Shown here: positions 63,593-64,000 of the stretch, in pieces
How the letters are laid out: each line of letters opens with the position of its first letter
Numbering within the stretch: the stretch's first letter is position 1
Source: Paecilomyces variotii
Lineage: Eukaryota
Length of the DNA stretch: 64,000 bases
Assembly (NCBI GenBank): GCA_004022145.1
Contig: RCNU01000002.1
Reading direction: 5' to 3' (one strand)
Notes under the pieces: model-generated
The model's input: only the letters and a program-made list of their open reading frames with translations
What the model was told of the DNA's origin: nothing
Databases searched by the model: none
Made by a program: the position numbers and the translations under genes

Positions 63593-64000
63593 TCAGACGG
63601 CTTCAGTATCCTCCTCAGTATGCATTACGTTGTCATCAGATCGTCCAGAATCACCACCAGGGCTAGGAAGTATATCGTTACTTCCTTCAACGGCCCCAAG
63701 GAAGAAGTCAAGTTCACTCGGACCTCCCAGCGAGTTTTGTTCGTTCTCGGCCAATTGCTCCAGCAGGCGGAGGAAAGGGTCCTTTTCCGAAGAGCCATTC
63801 TCGCTGGCGGCGGTTGCATGAGAACCACTCGCCTGTGAGATCGCTCCGGGCGTAAGGGCCGTCATACTGGTAGAGACACCATCAGGACCATGAGCAAGTT
63901 CTCGGCGAACGGCGTCAAATGGGAACGTAGCGTATTGTGGATTCGACGGCGGCGTGGCCGCAATATGAAGTAGGGTATCAGACAACGACCCTGGGGGCGA
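63593..64000 (-). CDS. 3' end of a gene truncated by the window, probably a Zn2Cys6-type transcriptional activator
   Basis: Open frame ending DPFLRLLEQLAENEQNSLGGPSELDFFL...*, an acidic/hydrophobic activation-domain-like tail; the DNA-binding domain is not in the window. Confidence 0.55.
   Translation of the reverse strand, partial: SPPGSLSDTLLHIAATPPSNPQYATFPFDAVRRELAHGPDGVSTSMTALTPGAISQASGSHATAASENGSSEKDPFLRLLEQLAENEQNSLGGPSELDFFLGAVEGSNDILPSPGGDSGRSDDNVMHTEEDTEAV

Overview
Gene-dense, intron-containing euchromatin from a filamentous ascomycete; gene content and introns look like Eurotiales (Aspergillus/Paecilomyces-like; inferred). About 26 protein-coding genes were reconstructed by hand-splicing. 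They include a bZIP factor, CK2 beta, two probable Zn2Cys6 factors, a JmjC oxygenase, a BarA-type ceramide synthase, Rad10/ERCC1, Nop4, a cytochrome-b5-like protein, an amino-acid permease, a GH43 arabinanase, SERF, a prenyltransferase-alpha-like protein, Get1, a MYND protein, Nop15, SMN, a cupredoxin-like protein, an SCP-x thiolase, a mitochondrial carrier and PalA. The ORF track misses an RNase MRP RNA gene (minus, ~44149-44526). About 50 nt downstream of it lies an unexplained 78-nt tRNA-sized four-way-junction element followed by a U-tract, which is the most novel-looking signal. Other oddities are a probably GPI-tethered GH43 arabinanase with an in-frame retainable intron, a long structured intron in the permease, and a small secreted precursor ending in an amphipathic peptide. 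The left ~0.9 kb looks RIP-degraded. All calls come from reading the sequence; no searches or folding programs were run.
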